A DNA stretch of 64,000 nucleotides from Pseudomonadota bacterium (GTDB taxonomy: Bacteria; Pseudomonadota; Alphaproteobacteria; Rhodobacterales; Rhodobacteraceae). The notes beneath the pieces are model-generated. The model did not search any database and was not told the DNA's origin. It was given only the letters and a program-made list of their open reading frames with translations. Location: NCBI GenBank assembly GCA_039026855.1, contig JBCCLL010000007.1, positions 780 through 64,779 of the forward strand, read 5' to 3'. Shown in pieces: positions 62,055-64,000 of the stretch. The stretch's first letter is position 1; every line of letters starts with the position of its first letter. The position numbers and the translations under genes were made by a program.

Positions 62055-62974
62055 AATTCCAGGGCATCTACACCCCCGTCATCACCCCCTACACCAGCGA
62101 TGGCGACATCGACCGCGACGCGCTGGCCCAGCAGATCGAGTTTCTGATCGACGCAGGCGTGCATGGGCTGATCAACGGCGGCTCGACCGGCGAATACTAT
62201 GCCCAAAGCATGGAAGAACGGCTTCAGGTCGCCACATTGGTCAAAGAGATCATCGGCGACCGCGTACCGCTTGTGATCGGCACAATCGCAATCCGCCTGC
62301 CCGACAGCCTGACCATGGCCGAACACGCCGCCAAGATCGGCGCATCCGCACTGCTGGTGGGCACACCGCCCTATGCTGTGCCAACCGAGCGCGAAAACGC
62401 GCTCAACACGCTGGCCATCGACCGCGCGGCGAACCTGCCCATCATGCTCTACAACTACCCGGGGCGCATGGGGGTTGAGATGGGGCAAGACTTCCTCGAC
62501 CGTGTGGGCCGCAGCCGGAATGTCTGCGCTATCAAGGAAAGCTCGGGCGACATCAACCGCGTGCACCTTCTGGCCCGCGACTACCCGCACATCCAGCTCA
62601 GTTGCGGGATGGATGACCAGGCGTTGGAGTTTTTTGCCTGGGGCGCACAAAGCTGGGTCTGCGCAGGCTCGAACTTCTTGCCGCACGAACACATCGCACT
62701 GTGGCGCGCCTGCGCCATCGACGGCGATTTTAACACCGGGCGGCGCATCATGTCGGCGATGATGCCGCTCATGCGGGTGCTCGAACAGGGCGGCAAGTTC
62801 ATCCAATGCGTCAAACACGGATGCGAGATGATGGGCCAGGTGGCCGGGCCACCCCGCCCGCCGCTGCGTCCACTCTCCAAGGATGACAAACGGCAGCTTG
62901 AACAGGTGGTCCGCGTCCTCAAACGCACCGTGGCCGAGATTGAGACACCCGCGCGCGAAAGGGCCGCAGAATGA
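62051..62974 (+). CDS. Dihydrodipicolinate synthase (DapA/NanA) family aldolase or deaminase
   Basis: TPVITPY, GGSTGE, PPY, LYNYPGRMG, IKESSGD. Catabolic context, so not called dapA. Confidence 0.9.
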   Translation: MKFQGIYTPVITPYTSDGDIDRDALAQQIEFLIDAGVHGLINGGSTGEYYAQSMEERLQVATLVKEIIGDRVPLVIGTIAIRLPDSLTMAEHAAKIGASALLVGTPPYAVPTERENALNTLAIDRAANLPIMLYNYPGRMGVEMGQDFLDRVGRSRNVCAIKESSGDINRVHLLARDYPHIQLSCGMDDQALEFFAWGAQSWVCAGSNFLPHEHIALWRACAIDGDFNTGRRIMSAMMPLMRVLEQGGKFIQCVKHGCEMMGQVAGPPRPPLRPLSKDDKRQLEQVVRVLKRTVAEIETPARERAAE

Positions 62975-64000
62975 TCAAACTGCTCACAACCGACGACTAC
63001 AGGGCGATCGCCAGCGCACTCAACCTGCCCACCCAGGCTTTTATCGACGGCAGTTTCCGCCCCGCCCTCTCCGGTGACACATTCCCAACCATGAACCCCG
63101 CCACGGGCGAGGTGCTGGCCCAGGTTGCAGCCTGCGGCGCGGCAGATATCGACTTTGCCGTGCAAAAGGCGCGCGACGCTTTTGAGGACGGGCGCTGGTC
63201 CCGCCGCCCCCCGGCCGCTCGCAAAGATGTGCTGATCCGACTGGCCAAACTGATCAAACGCAACGCACGCGAACTGGCTGTGATGGAAAGCCTCGACAGC
63301 GGCAAGACCATCTACGATTGCGAAACCGTGGACCTGCCCGAAACGATCAATTGCCTGATCTGGCACGCCGAGGCCATCGACAAGATCTATGACCAGGTTG
63401 CACCCGCCTCCGACGACCACATCGCGATGATTGTGCGCGAACCCGTGGGCGTTGTGGGCCTTGTGCTGCCGTGGAACTTCCCGCTTTTGATGCTCGCCTG
63501 GAAAATCGGCCCGGCGCTGGCTGCGGGCTGTTCGGTCATCGTCAAACCCGCCGAAGAAACGTCGCTCACCGCCCTGCGCGTCGCCGAACTGGCGCACGAG
63601 GCGGGCCTGCCCGCGGGCGTTCTGAACGTCGTGCCCGGCACCGGCCCCGCGGCGGGCGAACCGCTGGGGCGGCACATGGATGTCGACGCGCTCAGCTTTA
63701 CCGGATCGACCGAGACGGGTCGGCGCTTTCTGCAAAACGCCGCCGCATCAAACCTCAAGGAAGTGACGCTGGAAATGGGCGGCAAAAACCCCGCCGTGGT
63801 GCTCGACGATGCCGAGAACCTCGATCTGGTGGCCGCCAATGTGGTAAACGGCGCGTTCTGGAACATGGGTGAAAACTGCTCGGCCACCTCGCGGCTGATC
63901 GTGCAATCCGGGGTGCGCGACGCGCTTTTGGACCGGATCCACGCGCATCTGCGCGAATGGCCCATGGGCGATCCGCTCAACCCTGAAAACCGGGTGGGCG
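62971..64000 (+). CDS. Aldehyde dehydrogenase (PuuC-like), runs off the window end
   Basis: Manual translation: MIKLLTTDDY...NPATGE, PWNFP, KPAEETS, FTGSTETG, LEMGGKNP, NMGENCSATSR; ATGA overlap with the upstream gene. Not in the ORF track. Confidence 0.95.
   Translation, partial: MIKLLTTDDYRAIASALNLPTQAFIDGSFRPALSGDTFPTMNPATGEVLAQVAACGAADIDFAVQKARDAFEDGRWSRRPPAARKDVLIRLAKLIKRNARELAVMESLDSGKTIYDCETVDLPETINCLIWHAEAIDKIYDQVAPASDDHIAMIVREPVGVVGLVLPWNFPLLMLAWKIGPALAAGCSVIVKPAEETSLTALRVAELAHEAGLPAGVLNVVPGTGPAAGEPLGRHMDVDALSFTGSTETGRRFLQNAAASNLKEVTLEMGGKNPAVVLDDAENLDLVAANVVNGAFWNMGENCSATSRLIVQSGVRDALLDRIHAHLREWPMGDPLNPENRVG

Overview
GC-rich alphaproteobacterial chromosome segment, most likely Rhodobacteraceae (Roseobacter group). 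Core genes: partial guaB, speB, RACo/ASKHA protein, tRNA-Gly(CCC), dmdB-like ligase, zwf-pgl-pgi, gyrA, ctaA, trmJ, psuG, mfd, hemB. Small accessory modules lie between them: a TetR regulon with a visible shared operator, a LysR/aminotransferase pair, a TetR/reductase pair and an RTX exoprotein. The right third is a nitrogen-scavenging cluster. The N-methylglutamate methylamine genes (glxBCD/mgsABC, glnT/gmaS) converge on an operon headed by a guanidine-I riboswitch. That operon encodes an ABC transporter, a GdmH-type guanidine hydrolase, a CMD-fold protein and a His-rich unknown protein. It has no hypA/hypB-type maturation genes, which makes it the best candidate for an undescribed system. 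Other notable items: a highly structured 900-bp intergenic region upstream of gyrA (CtrA box, helically phased palindromes), an unannotated sRNA with promoter and terminator, six copies of a CTTC-ended repeat, one GTAG REP doublet, and an ~59-aa insertion in CtaA. No CRISPR array, prophage, integrase or intact transposase is visible. All assignments come from motif recognition and memory of the families; no searches were run.
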